Assembly (NCBI GenBank): GCA_041946735.1
Contig: JBHGAY010000008.1
Location: 64,001-128,000 of the forward strand
Length of the DNA stretch: 64,000 bases
Source: Candidatus Eiseniibacteriota bacterium
GTDB lineage: Bacteria; Eisenbacteria; RBG-16-71-46; CAIMUX01; VGJL01
Reading direction: 5' to 3'
The translations under genes were made by a program, and so were the position numbers. Shown one piece after another: positions 1-10,288 of this stretch (the stretch's first letter is position 1; every line of letters begins with the position of its first letter). A model generated the notes under the pieces. The model saw only the letters and a program-made list of their open reading frames with translations. It was not told where the DNA came from and did no database searches.

Positions 1-1761
1 TCGGTGCTGATCTCGGGGTTCGTCGCGCTGACGCTGACGCCGATGATCTGCTCGAAGATGCTGCGGCCGCTGCACGGCAGCGGGACCGGTTGGGCGACCC
101 GCTCGTTCAATGCCTTCTTCGACGCGCTCAACCGGATCTACGACAATACGCTCCGTTTCGTGCTGCGCCGGCCGCTCGTGCCGATCGCCGCCGCCGTCCT
201 GCTGATGGTCACGGCCGTCGTGATCTTCCGGATCCTCCCGAGGGAGCTGGTGCCGATCGAGGACAGGGGGACGGCGTTCGGCGTGGTGATCGCGCCGGAG
301 GGCTCGACGCTCGAGTACACCGATCGGTACATGCGACAGGTCGAGGGGACGCTGATGGCGCAGCCCGAGACGAAGGGGCTCTTCTCCGCCGTCGGGCTCG
401 GCTTCGGCGGTCCGGGACGGGTGACGAACGGCTTCTTCTTCCTGCAGCTCAAGCCGCGCGACGAGCGGGAGCGATCGCAGCAGCAGGTGGTCGCGTCCCT
501 CTTCCCGCAGCTGATCTCGATCCCGGGCGTGCTCGCCTTTGCGATCAACCCGCCGAGCCTCGGCGGCCGGTTCTCCTCCAACCCGGTCGAGTACGTGCTC
601 CAGGCGGAGAGCTACGAGGATCTGAGCCAGGCGGTCGGAATCATGATGGGCAAGGCGTCGCAGCTCGGCTACCTCGTCAACCTCGACACCGATCTCCGCC
701 TGAACAAGCCGCAGCTCGACATCTCGATCGATCGGGAGCGCGCGGCCGGGCTCGGCGTCTCGGTCACGGACATCGGCTCCACGCTCGAGATGATGCTCGG
801 CGGCCGGGTGGTGAGCGAGTTCAAGCGGGGAACGAAGCAGTACGACGTGATCGCGCAGATGAAGCCGGCGAACCGCGCGACCCCCGATGCGATCGACGGC
901 ATCTACCTGCGGGGCAACTCCGGTCTCGTGCAGCTCGCCAACGTCGTCGACGTCCACGAGACAGTGGCTCCGAAGGAGCTGAACCACTACAACCGCGTCC
1001 GCTCCGCCACGATCACGGCGAACCTCGCTCCCGGAGTGAGCCTCGGGACGGCGCTCGACGCGCTCGACCGTATCGCCGCGAACGATCTTCCCCCCGGGAT
1101 CCGTCACGAGCTGGGAGGGCAGTCGCGCGAGTTCCGCGAGTCGAGCAGCAGCCTCTACCTCCTCTTCCTGCTCGCCGTCGTCTTCATTTTTCTCGTGCTG
1201 GCGGCGCAGTTCGAGAGCTTCGTCCATCCCTTCACGATTCTCTTGTCGGTGCCGCTCGCGGTGGTCGGCGCCCTGGTCTCGCTGCTGGCGTTCCACCAGT
1301 CGCTGAACATCTACTCGCAGATCGGCCTGATCATGCTGATCGGCCTCGTCACGAAGAACTCGATCCTGATCGTGGAGTACTCCAACCAGCTCCGCGCGCG
1401 CGGGCTGGAGACGCTCGAGGCGGTGCGGGAGGCGTCGAAGATCCGGCTTCGCCCGATCCTCATGACGTCCTTCGCGACGATCTTCGGGATCCTGCCGATC
1501 GCGATCGGGCTGGGCGCGGGCGCCGAGGCCCGCCGCCCGCTCGGGATTGCGGTCGTCGGCGGAATGTTCTTCTCGACCTTCCTCACCCTGATCCTCGTGC
1601 CGGTCGTCTACTCGCTCCTCGCCCGGTTCACCGGCGTGCGGGAAGAGGCCGGGATGAGCGAGCCGGAAGGGGAAGGGGGGGCGCGGGAGATCGGCGGAGC
1701 GCGCCGCGCAGGGGACGGCGGAAGGGCTGCGGTCCTCGGCACGGTCGAGCCGGTCGCGTAA
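1..1761 (+). CDS. RND efflux transporter permease (AcrB/MexF-like), 5'-truncated by window edge
   Basis: Frame open from position 1; motifs VALTLTPMIC, AAQFESFVHP, IGLIMLIGLVTKNSILIVE, RLRPILMTS. Confidence 0.93.
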   Translation, partial: SVLISGFVALTLTPMICSKMLRPLHGSGTGWATRSFNAFFDALNRIYDNTLRFVLRRPLVPIAAAVLLMVTAVVIFRILPRELVPIEDRGTAFGVVIAPEGSTLEYTDRYMRQVEGTLMAQPETKGLFSAVGLGFGGPGRVTNGFFFLQLKPRDERERSQQQVVASLFPQLISIPGVLAFAINPPSLGGRFSSNPVEYVLQAESYEDLSQAVGIMMGKASQLGYLVNLDTDLRLNKPQLDISIDRERAAGLGVSVTDIGSTLEMMLGGRVVSEFKRGTKQYDVIAQMKPANRATPDAIDGIYLRGNSGLVQLANVVDVHETVAPKELNHYNRVRSATITANLAPGVSLGTALDALDRIAANDLPPGIRHELGGQSREFRESSSSLYLLFLLAVVFIFLVLAAQFESFVHPFTILLSVPLAVVGALVSLLAFHQSLNIYSQIGLIMLIGLVTKNSILIVEYSNQLRARGLETLEAVREASKIRLRPILMTSFATIFGILPIAIGLGAGAEARRPLGIAVVGGMFFSTFLTLILVPVVYSLLARFTGVREEAGMSEPEGEGGAREIGGARRAGDGGRAAVLGTVEPVA

Positions 1762-1797
1762 GCCACCTCTCCGCGAGGGCGCGCATGAGGCGGCAGC

Positions 1798-2544
1798 TTA
1801 CTCCTTCCTGCCTCGAACGGGGGTTCGCGACCCGGCCCCGCGCGCTGCGAAGCGTGCGGTGATCCAGGCTCGCGCGCGCCGGCCGGCGAGCAGGGTGGCG
1901 ACCGCAACGACGACGACGGCGATCCCCGCCCAGAGCCAGGCGCCCGGCGGGAGGCGGCGCGCGTTCGCGCCGAACCAGCAGAGCAGGAAGTGCGACGGCA
2001 GCCGCGAGAGGACGATGAGCGGAAGCATTCTGGCGATCTGCAGGCGGCTGAGACCGATCGCGATGCAGGCGACGTCGTCGGGGAAGAACGGGAGCAGGAA
2101 GACGACGACGTAGAAGGCGGCCGACCGCTGTGACGACCACTCCTCGGCGAGGGCGATCGTGCGGCGGCCGAGGAGCCCGCGCAGGACCGGCCGGCCGAGG
2201 TGCCGGGAGAGCAGCAGAACGCTCCACGTCCCGGCGGCCCCTCCGATCGTGGAGTACAGCAGCCCGCGCCAGAGTCCGAACAGGAGGCCGCTGATCATCC
2301 CGATCAGATGGCCCGGGATCGGGGCGAGGATCACCTGGATGGCCTGGAGCGCGATGAGGACCACCGGCGCCCAAGCGCCGCGCGACGCGAGGAACGCCTC
2401 GAGCGCTTCGCGGTCCCGGAAGATCCGGACGAGCTGCGAGGGGGAGATCCAGAGCACGAGCGCTCCGGCGAACGCCGCGACGACGAGCGCGGCGAAGATC
2501 CACGCGCGGGCGCGCCGGCTTCTTTCGTCCCCCGGGACGCTCAT
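1798..2544 (-). CDS. TVP38/TMEM64 (VTT/DedA superfamily) membrane protein
   Basis: QAIQVILAPIPG, GLLFGLWRGLLYS, FLLPFFPDD motifs; multiple TM helices. Confidence 0.85.
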   Translation of the reverse strand: MSVPGDERSRRARAWIFAALVVAAFAGALVLWISPSQLVRIFRDREALEAFLASRGAWAPVVLIALQAIQVILAPIPGHLIGMISGLLFGLWRGLLYSTIGGAAGTWSVLLLSRHLGRPVLRGLLGRRTIALAEEWSSQRSAAFYVVVFLLPFFPDDVACIAIGLSRLQIARMLPLIVLSRLPSHFLLCWFGANARRLPPGAWLWAGIAVVVVAVATLLAGRRARAWITARFAARGAGSRTPVRGRKE

Positions 2545-2799
2545 GAGCAGAGAGTAGCGGCCTCGGCCCGCCTCGGCACGGTTGCTGCGGCGGAGACAGA
2601 CCGGCGAGCGGGTGGGAGTCTCGAAGGGTTCGGAACGAGGGAGTTCTCAGGACCTTCATTGGACCGGCCGATGCCTTCTCCGTACGATGGGAATCGAGGG
2701 AGCGGATCGGCGTGATAGCGGGACGCAAAGCGCGTCACCGGCCGAAGGCCGTCGAGCTTTCCTCTGGCAGGTCCCCCTGACCCCCCTGCCCCCCAACGG

Positions 2800-5700
2800 A
2801 TGAACATCGCACCGAGGAAGAAGGCGTTCGAGTTCTCGCTTCACGGCTGGTCCCGCCCGCGACTGCTCCCGCTGCGCTTCCAAAGGCCTCCGGACTGGCT
2901 GATCGCGACGGCCGTCGCCGGCGCCGTGGTGACGGTCTTCGTGGTCCGGGAGGCGAAGGAATCGACGCTCCAGTCCGGCCTGCTTTCCCGCATCGCCCGG
3001 CAGCTCACCTACCGTGTCGAGCCCGGGCCTGGCGATGCCATCCTCTTTCCTTCGGAAGGACCGTTCGACATCTCGCGCGGATATGCGGCGATTCCGCGGA
3101 TCACGGAACGGCTGAGCGGGAGCGGGTACCGGGTGATCGCCCAGGCGCGGATGTCGGAGCGGATGCAATCGCTCGCGCGCCACGGCGTGCCCCCGGTCTA
3201 TGACGAGAAGACGCAGGCCGGTCTGACCATCCTCGATCGGCAGGGGAAGCGGCTGTACGAGGTGTCTTCCCCGCGGCGCGCCTACTCCGACTTCGACTCA
3301 ATTCCTCCGCTCGTCGTGAAATCGCTGCTGTTCGTCGAGAATCGCGAGCTTCTCGAAAAGGACCGTCCGCGCCTGAACCCCGGGGTCGAGTGGGATCGCC
3401 TTGTGCGAGCCGCCTTCGAGTTCGCTCTCAATCGCGTCGGCCTCGATCGCGAGCAGCCGGGGGGAAGCACGCTCGCGACGCAGATCGAGAAATACCGCCA
3501 CAGTCCGGAGGGAAGGACCGAGGGGCCGGGCGACAAGCTGCGCCAGATGGCGGCGGCGAGCCTCCGCGCCTATCGCAACGGGCGCGTGACGCTCGACGCG
3601 CGCCGCTCGATCGTGGTCGACTACGTCAACAGCGTCCCTCTGAGCGCCTATCCGGGTTACGGCGAGGTGAGCGGGCTGGCCGAGGGGCTGTGGATCTGGT
3701 TCGGCGTCGATCCGCGCGAGGTCGATCTTGCGTTGCGCGCCCCTCCGCTTCCGGCGATCGAGGAGGTCTCCGCCGATCCTGTCGCTGCGAGCGGCGGACC
3801 GCGGAGCGAGGCGCGCGAGGCGAGCGAGGCGCCTCCGGAGGCGGGACGAATCGGCTCGCGGCCAGGCGAGTTCGCCGCGCCCGCCGGCGGCCCGGCGATG
3901 TCCCCGGCCGAAGCGTACAAGATGATCCTCAGCCTGATCGTCGCGCAGCGACGCCCGAGCGCCTACCTGCAGCCCTCCGGCCGCGAGCAGCTCGAACGCG
4001 AGACGGACCAGTATCTCTCGCTCCTCGCCCACGATCAGGTGATTCCCGCCGGCCTCGCCGCGCAGGCGCGCGCGAGCCGGCTCCGGTTCCGCGACGAGCC
4101 GGTCGCCATCCCGCGGCCCCCCTTCGTCCGGAGGAAGGCGATCAACGAGGTGCGGACCGATCTGCTGCGCCTTCTCGGGGTCGACGACCTCTACACGCTC
4201 GATCGCTTCGATCTGATTGCGAGAAGCACGATCGATCAGCACCTCCAGCAGCGCGTGACGCGCCTGCTGCAGCGCCTGCGCGATCCTGCCTACGTCGACT
4301 CGGCCGGCCTGCGCGCGGAGCGCCTGCTCGACCGCGGCGACCCTTCCGCGGTGGTGTACAGCTTCACCCTCTTCGAGCGGACGCCGGAAGGGAACCTGCT
4401 GCGGGTGCAGGCGGACAACGTCGACGAGCCGTTCGACGTGAATCAGGGATCGAAGCTCGACCTCGGTTCCACCGCGAAGCTTCGCACGTTGACGCACTAC
4501 CTGCAGATCATGGCCGAGCTGCATCACGAGATGGCGGGGCGGCCGGCCGGCGGTCTCCGGCTCGAGAGCGGCGAGACGGCCGATCCGCTACGCCGATGGG
4601 CCGCCGGCTGGCTCGCGTCTTCGCCCGACACCACGCTGCCGGCGATGCTCCACGCCGCGCTCGAGCGCCGCTACTCGGCCAGTCCCGGCGAGTCGTTCTT
4701 CACGGGGGGCGGGCTCCACACCTTCCACAACTTCACGAAGGACGAGAACGGCCGCATCATGACCGTCTCCGAAGCGTTCCGGAACTCGGTGAACCTCGTC
4801 TTCATCCGTCTGATGCGCGACATCGTGCGTCACGAGATGGCGCAGCTTCCCGCCTACGCTTCGGGGATCCTCGAGGATCCGAGCGACCCGGCGCGCCAGG
4901 AGTACCTCGCGCGCTTCGCCGACAAGGAGGGGAAGACCTACCTCGGGCAGTTCTGGAAGAAGTACCACGGCGAGCGGCGGCGTGGCGACCCGCTCGAGAT
5001 CCTCGTTCAAGGGATCGTGCCGACGCCGAAGCGGCTCGCGGTCCTCTACCGGTCGATCTACCCCGACGGCGATCTCGAATCGTTCGGAAGGTTCCTGCGG
5101 GCGCACCTGCCTGGCGCGGGAAGCGATCCGCAAGACGTCGCGGATCTCTACGACAACTTCGCTCCCGATCAGTTCACGCTCGACGAGCGCGGCTACCTCG
5201 CCAAGATCCACCCGCTGGAGCTGTGGCTCGTCCGGTATATGAAGGAGCACCCGGACGCGAGCTGGAAGGACGTCGTCGCGGCGAGCGAGTCGACGAGGCA
5301 GGACGTCTACGCGTGGCTCTTCAAGAGCACACGGACGAAGGCGCAGAACATCCGAATCTGGACGCTCCTCGAGGCAGAGGCGTTCGAACGGATTCACGAG
5401 GCGTGGCAGCGTCTCGGCTACCCGTTCGACCGTCTCGTCCCCTCGCTCGCCACCGCGATCGGCTCGTCCGCGGACCGTCCCGCCGCTCTTGCGGAACTGA
5501 TCGGCATCCTCGGCAACGACGGTGTCCGGCTTCCGAGCCGAAGCGTGACCGGCCTCGACTTCGCCGTCTCGACCCCCTACGAGACGCGGTTTGCGGCCGG
5601 CGAGGCGCAAGGGGAGCGGGTGCTGCCGCCGGCGGTCGCGGAGGCGGTTCGCGAGGAGCTGTTCCACGTGGTCATGGACGGGACGGCACGCCGCGCCTTC

Positions 5701-6120
5701 AACGACTACCGAGTCGAGGGGGAGAAGCTCCCGCTGCTGGGCGGGAAGACCGGCACGGGGGACCACCGGTACGAAACCTTCGGGCCGGGGCGGCGCCTGC
5801 TCGAGTCGCGCGTCGTGAACCGGACCGCGACCTTCGTCTTCCTTCTCGGCGACCGCTACTTCGGGACGATCACCGCCGTGCCCGGCGAGCGCGCCGCGCG
5901 CTACGACTTCTCGAGCGCGCTCCCGGTGCAGATCATGCGGATCCTCGCTTCCGATCTACGCCCTCTCGTCGACGCCGGCGTGCCGCCGCGCCGGCCGGAG
6001 CCTGCGCCCGGCCGTCCGGCCGAGGGCGAAGAGGAAGACGATTGGTCCGTCCCTGCGTTTTCCCCCTCGCCTGCCGCGGGCGCCGCGCCTGCCCCGGCCA
6101 TACTCGCCGTGGGGGACTGA
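2800..6120 (+). CDS. Large transglycosylase/transpeptidase (class A PBP-like) protein
   Basis: GT51-like GGSTLATQIEK; transpeptidase motifs GSTAK (SxxK), SVN (SxN), KTGTG; N-terminal TM. Confidence 0.82.
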   Translation: MNIAPRKKAFEFSLHGWSRPRLLPLRFQRPPDWLIATAVAGAVVTVFVVREAKESTLQSGLLSRIARQLTYRVEPGPGDAILFPSEGPFDISRGYAAIPRITERLSGSGYRVIAQARMSERMQSLARHGVPPVYDEKTQAGLTILDRQGKRLYEVSSPRRAYSDFDSIPPLVVKSLLFVENRELLEKDRPRLNPGVEWDRLVRAAFEFALNRVGLDREQPGGSTLATQIEKYRHSPEGRTEGPGDKLRQMAAASLRAYRNGRVTLDARRSIVVDYVNSVPLSAYPGYGEVSGLAEGLWIWFGVDPREVDLALRAPPLPAIEEVSADPVAASGGPRSEAREASEAPPEAGRIGSRPGEFAAPAGGPAMSPAEAYKMILSLIVAQRRPSAYLQPSGREQLERETDQYLSLLAHDQVIPAGLAAQARASRLRFRDEPVAIPRPPFVRRKAINEVRTDLLRLLGVDDLYTLDRFDLIARSTIDQHLQQRVTRLLQRLRDPAYVDSAGLRAERLLDRGDPSAVVYSFTLFERTPEGNLLRVQADNVDEPFDVNQGSKLDLGSTAKLRTLTHYLQIMAELHHEMAGRPAGGLRLESGETADPLRRWAAGWLASSPDTTLPAMLHAALERRYSASPGESFFTGGGLHTFHNFTKDENGRIMTVSEAFRNSVNLVFIRLMRDIVRHEMAQLPAYASGILEDPSDPARQEYLARFADKEGKTYLGQFWKKYHGERRRGDPLEILVQGIVPTPKRLAVLYRSIYPDGDLESFGRFLRAHLPGAGSDPQDVADLYDNFAPDQFTLDERGYLAKIHPLELWLVRYMKEHPDASWKDVVAASESTRQDVYAWLFKSTRTKAQNIRIWTLLEAEAFERIHEAWQRLGYPFDRLVPSLATAIGSSADRPAALAELIGILGNDGVRLPSRSVTGLDFAVSTPYETRFAAGEAQGERVLPPAVAEAVREELFHVVMDGTARRAFNDYRVEGEKLPLLGGKTGTGDHRYETFGPGRRLLESRVVNRTATFVFLLGDRYFGTITAVPGERAARYDFSSALPVQIMRILASDLRPLVDAGVPPRRPEPAPGRPAEGEEEDDWSVPAFSPSPAAGAAPAPAILAVGD

Positions 6121-6266
6121 CCGCTCGCCTGCTCGCCCCTCGCGCCTGCTCGCTCGCGCTCCGCCGCGCGCGCCCGCGCGCGAGTCCGCGCAGCCCCTCG
6201 GCGCTGGTCTCTGCTAGAATCGAGGTCGTCGATTCGTCCCCTGCACATGCAAGAAGGAGCGAGAGC

Positions 6267-7541
6267 ATGATTCCTGCTTCGAGGATCCCGCCTCTGCTCG
6301 TCGCGGCCTTCGTCGCGGCGCTCCTCGGGTCGGTTCCGCCCCTGCAGCGGAGCGCGCGCGCGCAGGAGATCCCCGCGGGCGGGGAGTGCGCCACGATCCT
6401 CACCGAGGAGGGCGCTCGCCAGGCCATCGAGCGGGATGACCGCGGAGCGTACCGCCTCGACCCTCGCGACGCCGGTCCCTGGCAGGTGAGGACGGCGGTG
6501 CACGTGGTCCGGACCGACGAAGGGCTGGGCGGCCTGACGGAGCAGGAGGTCGAGCGGTCCCTCGAGAGGGCGAACGAGCACTTCGCCCCGCTCGGCATCT
6601 CCTTCGTGATGGAGGGGCCGATCGATCACATCGACAGCGACGCCTTCTACTACGACATCGACACCCTGGCGGAGATCGATCAGCTCCGCGAGACGAACGT
6701 CGTGGACCATGCGATGAACGTCTACTTCACGGAGAACCTCGCGAACGAGAACGGGTCGTTCTGCGGGATCTCCTCGTTCACCTGGAGCCCGCATCAGGGC
6801 GTTGTGATCATGAACGCCTGCATCCCGTCGATCTGGAACCCTTCCACCTTCAGCCACGAGGTGGGCCACTACTTCGACCTGTTTCACACCCACGAGACGG
6901 CCTACGGCCGCGAGTGCGTGGACGGCTCGAACTGCGGGACAGCCGGAGACCGTCTCTGCGACACGCCCGCCGATCCGGGCCTGAACCGCTGCGGCCCGAA
7001 CGGCAACGACTACTGCGTCGATCCGTACTGCGTCTACACCGGCGCCTTCGTCGATCCGTGCCATGGCGACCCCAACCATCCGGCGACCGACAACATGCTG
7101 GCGTACTCGAGGCCCACCTGCCGGACGGTCTTCACCCCGCAGCAGTCGGAGAAAGCGGCCGCAACGCTCGTGAATCTCCGGCCGGACCACATTCTCGATA
7201 CGTCGGGGGCGGAAGAGTGGACGGGCTCCGGGCAGGAGAGCAGCGGGCCGCCGCTGCTGCACGTCGCGGTCCGAAGCCCGGTCTCGCGGACGATCGCGTG
7301 CCGCATCGCGATCGCAGAGGATCGAGCCGTCACGGCGCGGCTCGTCGATGCGTCGGGGCGGACGGTCGCGCAGCTGACGAGCGCGGATGAGACGATGCCG
7401 GCCGGAACTCACGACCTGTTCTGGGACGTGGGCGGCCGGCTGCCGAGCGGGATCTACTTCCTACAAGTCGAAGCACGGCCGGCGTGGCAAGGCCCGACCA
7501 AGGCGGCGAAGGTCTCCCGGCCGATCGTCGTCGTGCGCTAG
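6267..7541 (+). CDS. Secreted zinc metalloprotease (M43/pappalysin-like) with C-terminal FlgD/T9SS-like domain
   Basis: ATG 6267 after AAGGAG; signal peptide ending ARA-Q; HEVGHYFDLFH zinc motif; CDTPAD; C-terminal LPSGIYFLQV. Confidence 0.82.
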   Translation: MIPASRIPPLLVAAFVAALLGSVPPLQRSARAQEIPAGGECATILTEEGARQAIERDDRGAYRLDPRDAGPWQVRTAVHVVRTDEGLGGLTEQEVERSLERANEHFAPLGISFVMEGPIDHIDSDAFYYDIDTLAEIDQLRETNVVDHAMNVYFTENLANENGSFCGISSFTWSPHQGVVIMNACIPSIWNPSTFSHEVGHYFDLFHTHETAYGRECVDGSNCGTAGDRLCDTPADPGLNRCGPNGNDYCVDPYCVYTGAFVDPCHGDPNHPATDNMLAYSRPTCRTVFTPQQSEKAAATLVNLRPDHILDTSGAEEWTGSGQESSGPPLLHVAVRSPVSRTIACRIAIAEDRAVTARLVDASGRTVAQLTSADETMPAGTHDLFWDVGGRLPSGIYFLQVEARPAWQGPTKAAKVSRPIVVVR

Positions 7542-7581
7542 CCGGCCCGTCCCTCGGCCGCTTTGCGTCCTACCGATCCGG

Positions 7582-7959
7582 CTACGGCGCGACCGGCGGC
7601 GGCTCCATCACCGACAGGCGATTCCCCCACGGGTCGCGGAGATTCGCAATCGTCCCGTAGGGCTGCACGTTCAGCCCGCCGACCTGCTCGAACCCTGCCG
7701 TCAGCGCGCGGTCGAGAGCTGCCCGGACGTCCGGCACGCGGAAGGACACGATCGCTCCACCGCGGAACGGAACGGTCTGGTCCGCTCCATTCGTCTCCTT
7801 CAGCTCGGGGTCGGCGTGCAGCGCGACGTTACCGCCTTCGAGGGAGAACTCCACCCAGTCGCCGTCGGCGAGGAAGGGCTCTGTCTCGAACAGGCGGGAG
7901 TAGATCCGGGTCGCCTTCTTGGTGTCACCGACAAGGTAGAAGCTCACTCCGACTCGCAT
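7582..7959 (-). CDS. VOC/glyoxalase family protein
   Basis: GGAGG RBS before ATG; SFRVPDV, QPYG, DPWGNRL motifs. Confidence 0.8.
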   Translation of the reverse strand: MRVGVSFYLVGDTKKATRIYSRLFETEPFLADGDWVEFSLEGGNVALHADPELKETNGADQTVPFRGGAIVSFRVPDVRAALDRALTAGFEQVGGLNVQPYGTIANLRDPWGNRLSVMEPPPVAP

Positions 7960-7980
7960 CGATCCTCCACGCGGCAATCT

Positions 7981-10113
7981 TCAAGCGCCGTACTCTTCCT
8001 CGTAGGTCCTCTTCAACCGGTCGACGACGGCCGGGTCGGCGAGGGTGGTCGTATCGCCCAGCACCTTTCCCTCCGCGATGTCGCGCAGGAGGCGGCGCAT
8101 GATCTTTCCGCTGCGGGTCTTCGGCAAGTCGGCCGAGAAGATCACGTCCTCCGGGCGGGCGAGCGCGCCGATCCGGTCGGCGACGAAGTCCTTCAGCTGG
8201 CGCGCGAGATCGGGCCCCGCGCCCGCGGCTCCCTCCCGAAGCGAAACGAACGCGGCGATCGCCGTCCCCTTGACGTCGTGCGCCCTTCCGATGACCGCAG
8301 CCTCGGCGACCGAAGGGTGCTCGACCAGCGCGGACTCGACCTCCATCGTGCCGATGCGGTGGCCGGCCACGTTGATCACGTCGTCGACCCGCCCGAGAAC
8401 CCAGAAGTATCCATCGCGATCGCGCTTCGCTCCGTCTCCGGGGAAGTAGATCCCGGGCCACTTCGACCAGTACGTGGACCGAAAGCGTTCCTCGTCTCCG
8501 TAGATGCCGCGCATCATCGCCGGCCATGGCTCGCGAATCGCCAGGTATCCGCCGCCGATCTCGACCGTCCGGCCCTTCTCGTCGAGGATGTCCGCCGCGA
8601 TGCCGGGGAGCGGGCGCGCGCATGATCCCGGCTTCGTGACGGTGATGCCCGGGAGCGGCGAGATCAGGATCATTCCCGTTTCGGTCTGCCACCACGTGTC
8701 GACGATCGGGCATCGGCCGCCGCCGATCTTCTCGTGGTACCAGACCCACGCCTCGGGATTGATCGGCTCCCCGACGGTGCCGAGAAGCCGCAGGCTCGAG
8801 AGGTCGTGGCGGGCCGGCCACTCCTCCCCCCACTTCATGAAGGCGCGGATCGCGGTGGGCGCCGTGTAGAGGATCGTGACGCCATGATCCTCGATGATCT
8901 GCCAGAAGCGGTCCTTGTCCGGCCAGTCGGGAGCGCCCTCGTAGAGAAGCACGGTCGCTCCGTTCGCGAGGGGACCGTAGACGACGTAGGAGTGCCCGGT
9001 CACCCAGCCGATGTCGGCCGTGCACCAGTAGACGTCGTCCTCGCGCAGATCGAAGACCCAGCGCGTCGTCGCCGCGACCCCGGTCAGGTAGCCCCCCGTG
9101 GTGTGGACGATCCCCTTCGGTTTCCCGGTCGTCCCGGACGTATAGAGGATGTAGAGCATGTCCTCCGCGTCCATCGGCTCCGGCTCGCAGTAGTTCTCCG
9201 CTTCCTGGAGCAGCCGGTGGTACCAGTGGTCCCGCCCCTCTTTGACGCGCAACGGGAAGTCCCCCCGCTTGACGATCACGACGTGGCGGATCGAGGGGCA
9301 GCTCATCACGGCGTAGTCGGCATCGTGCTTGAGCGGCAGGAGGTTGCCGCGCCGGTAGGCGCCGTCGGCGGTGATGAGGAGCTTCGCCTGCGCATCCTGG
9401 ATCCGGTCGCGCAGAGCCTCCGCGCTGAAGCCGGCGAAGACGACGGTGTGAACCGCGCCGATCCGCGCGCAGGCGAGCATCGCGACGACCGCTTCGGGGA
9501 TCATCGGGAGGTAGATCGCCACACGGTCGCCCTTGGCGATGCCGAGCGAGCGCAGGGCGTTGGCGAAGCGATTGACGCCGCGGTAGAGGTCGAAGTAGGT
9601 GAGCGTCCGGCGCTCGCCCGGCTCACCTTCCCAGACGATCGCGGCATGGTTTCGATGAGGTCCGAGCGCGTGGCGATCGACGCAGTTGACCGAGGCGTTC
9701 AGCTTCCCGCCTTCGAACCAGCGGAAGTCGGGCGCCTCGCCGGTCAGCACCTTCCGCCACGGAGCGATCCAGTCGAGGCGGTGCGCCTCCTCCTCCCAGA
9801 AACCCTCACGGTCGTAGTCGGCCCGGTGATAGATCCCCTCGTCTCGCACGACCGCCTCCCGCGCGAAGGCGGGAGGCGGGGGATACGAGCGGGTCTCCTC
9901 GAGGAGAACGTCGATGCCGTCCGGCGTCGCGCCTCCGTCGTTCGGAGCCGATGCCGGCTCTGGGAGTGACGCGGACGCCGCGTCCGCCGCTGGCGTCGAG
10001 AGTCCCTTCGAAGCCGATCGCCGGTTCGCGCCTGCATCCTTGGGGGCGTGACCGTTCCCAGGCAACGGGGGAACGGACCCCGAGGAGCCCGATCCTCGTG
10101 AACTCTCGCTCAT
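7981..10113 (-). CDS. acs: Acetyl-CoA synthetase (acetate-CoA ligase) with low-complexity N-terminal extension
   Basis: [14 protein letters not shown]-binding motif, [33 protein letters not shown] acetylation motif. Confidence 0.95.
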   Translation of the reverse strand: MSESSRGSGSSGSVPPLPGNGHAPKDAGANRRSASKGLSTPAADAASASLPEPASAPNDGGATPDGIDVLLEETRSYPPPPAFAREAVVRDEGIYHRADYDREGFWEEEAHRLDWIAPWRKVLTGEAPDFRWFEGGKLNASVNCVDRHALGPHRNHAAIVWEGEPGERRTLTYFDLYRGVNRFANALRSLGIAKGDRVAIYLPMIPEAVVAMLACARIGAVHTVVFAGFSAEALRDRIQDAQAKLLITADGAYRRGNLLPLKHDADYAVMSCPSIRHVVIVKRGDFPLRVKEGRDHWYHRLLQEAENYCEPEPMDAEDMLYILYTSGTTGKPKGIVHTTGGYLTGVAATTRWVFDLREDDVYWCTADIGWVTGHSYVVYGPLANGATVLLYEGAPDWPDKDRFWQIIEDHGVTILYTAPTAIRAFMKWGEEWPARHDLSSLRLLGTVGEPINPEAWVWYHEKIGGGRCPIVDTWWQTETGMILISPLPGITVTKPGSCARPLPGIAADILDEKGRTVEIGGGYLAIREPWPAMMRGIYGDEERFRSTYWSKWPGIYFPGDGAKRDRDGYFWVLGRVDDVINVAGHRIGTMEVESALVEHPSVAEAAVIGRAHDVKGTAIAAFVSLREGAAGAGPDLARQLKDFVADRIGALARPEDVIFSADLPKTRSGKIMRRLLRDIAEGKVLGDTTTLADPAVVDRLKRTYEEEYGA

Positions 10114-10288
10114 GGAGCCTCCTCGTCCCCGCGGGCGGTCTCTGGGGAAACCGAGCAGGCTAGCGAGCGGGAGCGGCGCCGGTCAACGACGGCGGCGTCG
10201 CCCGCCTTACCGGCCGCGCCGGCCGCGCCGGAAGCTGCCTCCCGCTCGCCAACCGGCCGCGAAGCAGCATCGCCGCGGTCGCGACCGG

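Noticed and set aside
2720..2752. GGGACGCAAAGC matches the core of c-di-GMP-I riboswitches
   Set aside because: The upstream GGCAAAC/GNRA stem and downstream P3 pairing are not evident, and the bases form a local GACGC/GCGTC hairpin instead; an Infernal scan would settle it.
3390..6266. 1383-aa ORF suggesting a giant fusion upstream of the M43 protease
   Set aside because: The first 959 aa are an Arg/Pro-rich shadow frame of the PBP; the real gene starts at ATG 6267 with SD and signal peptide.
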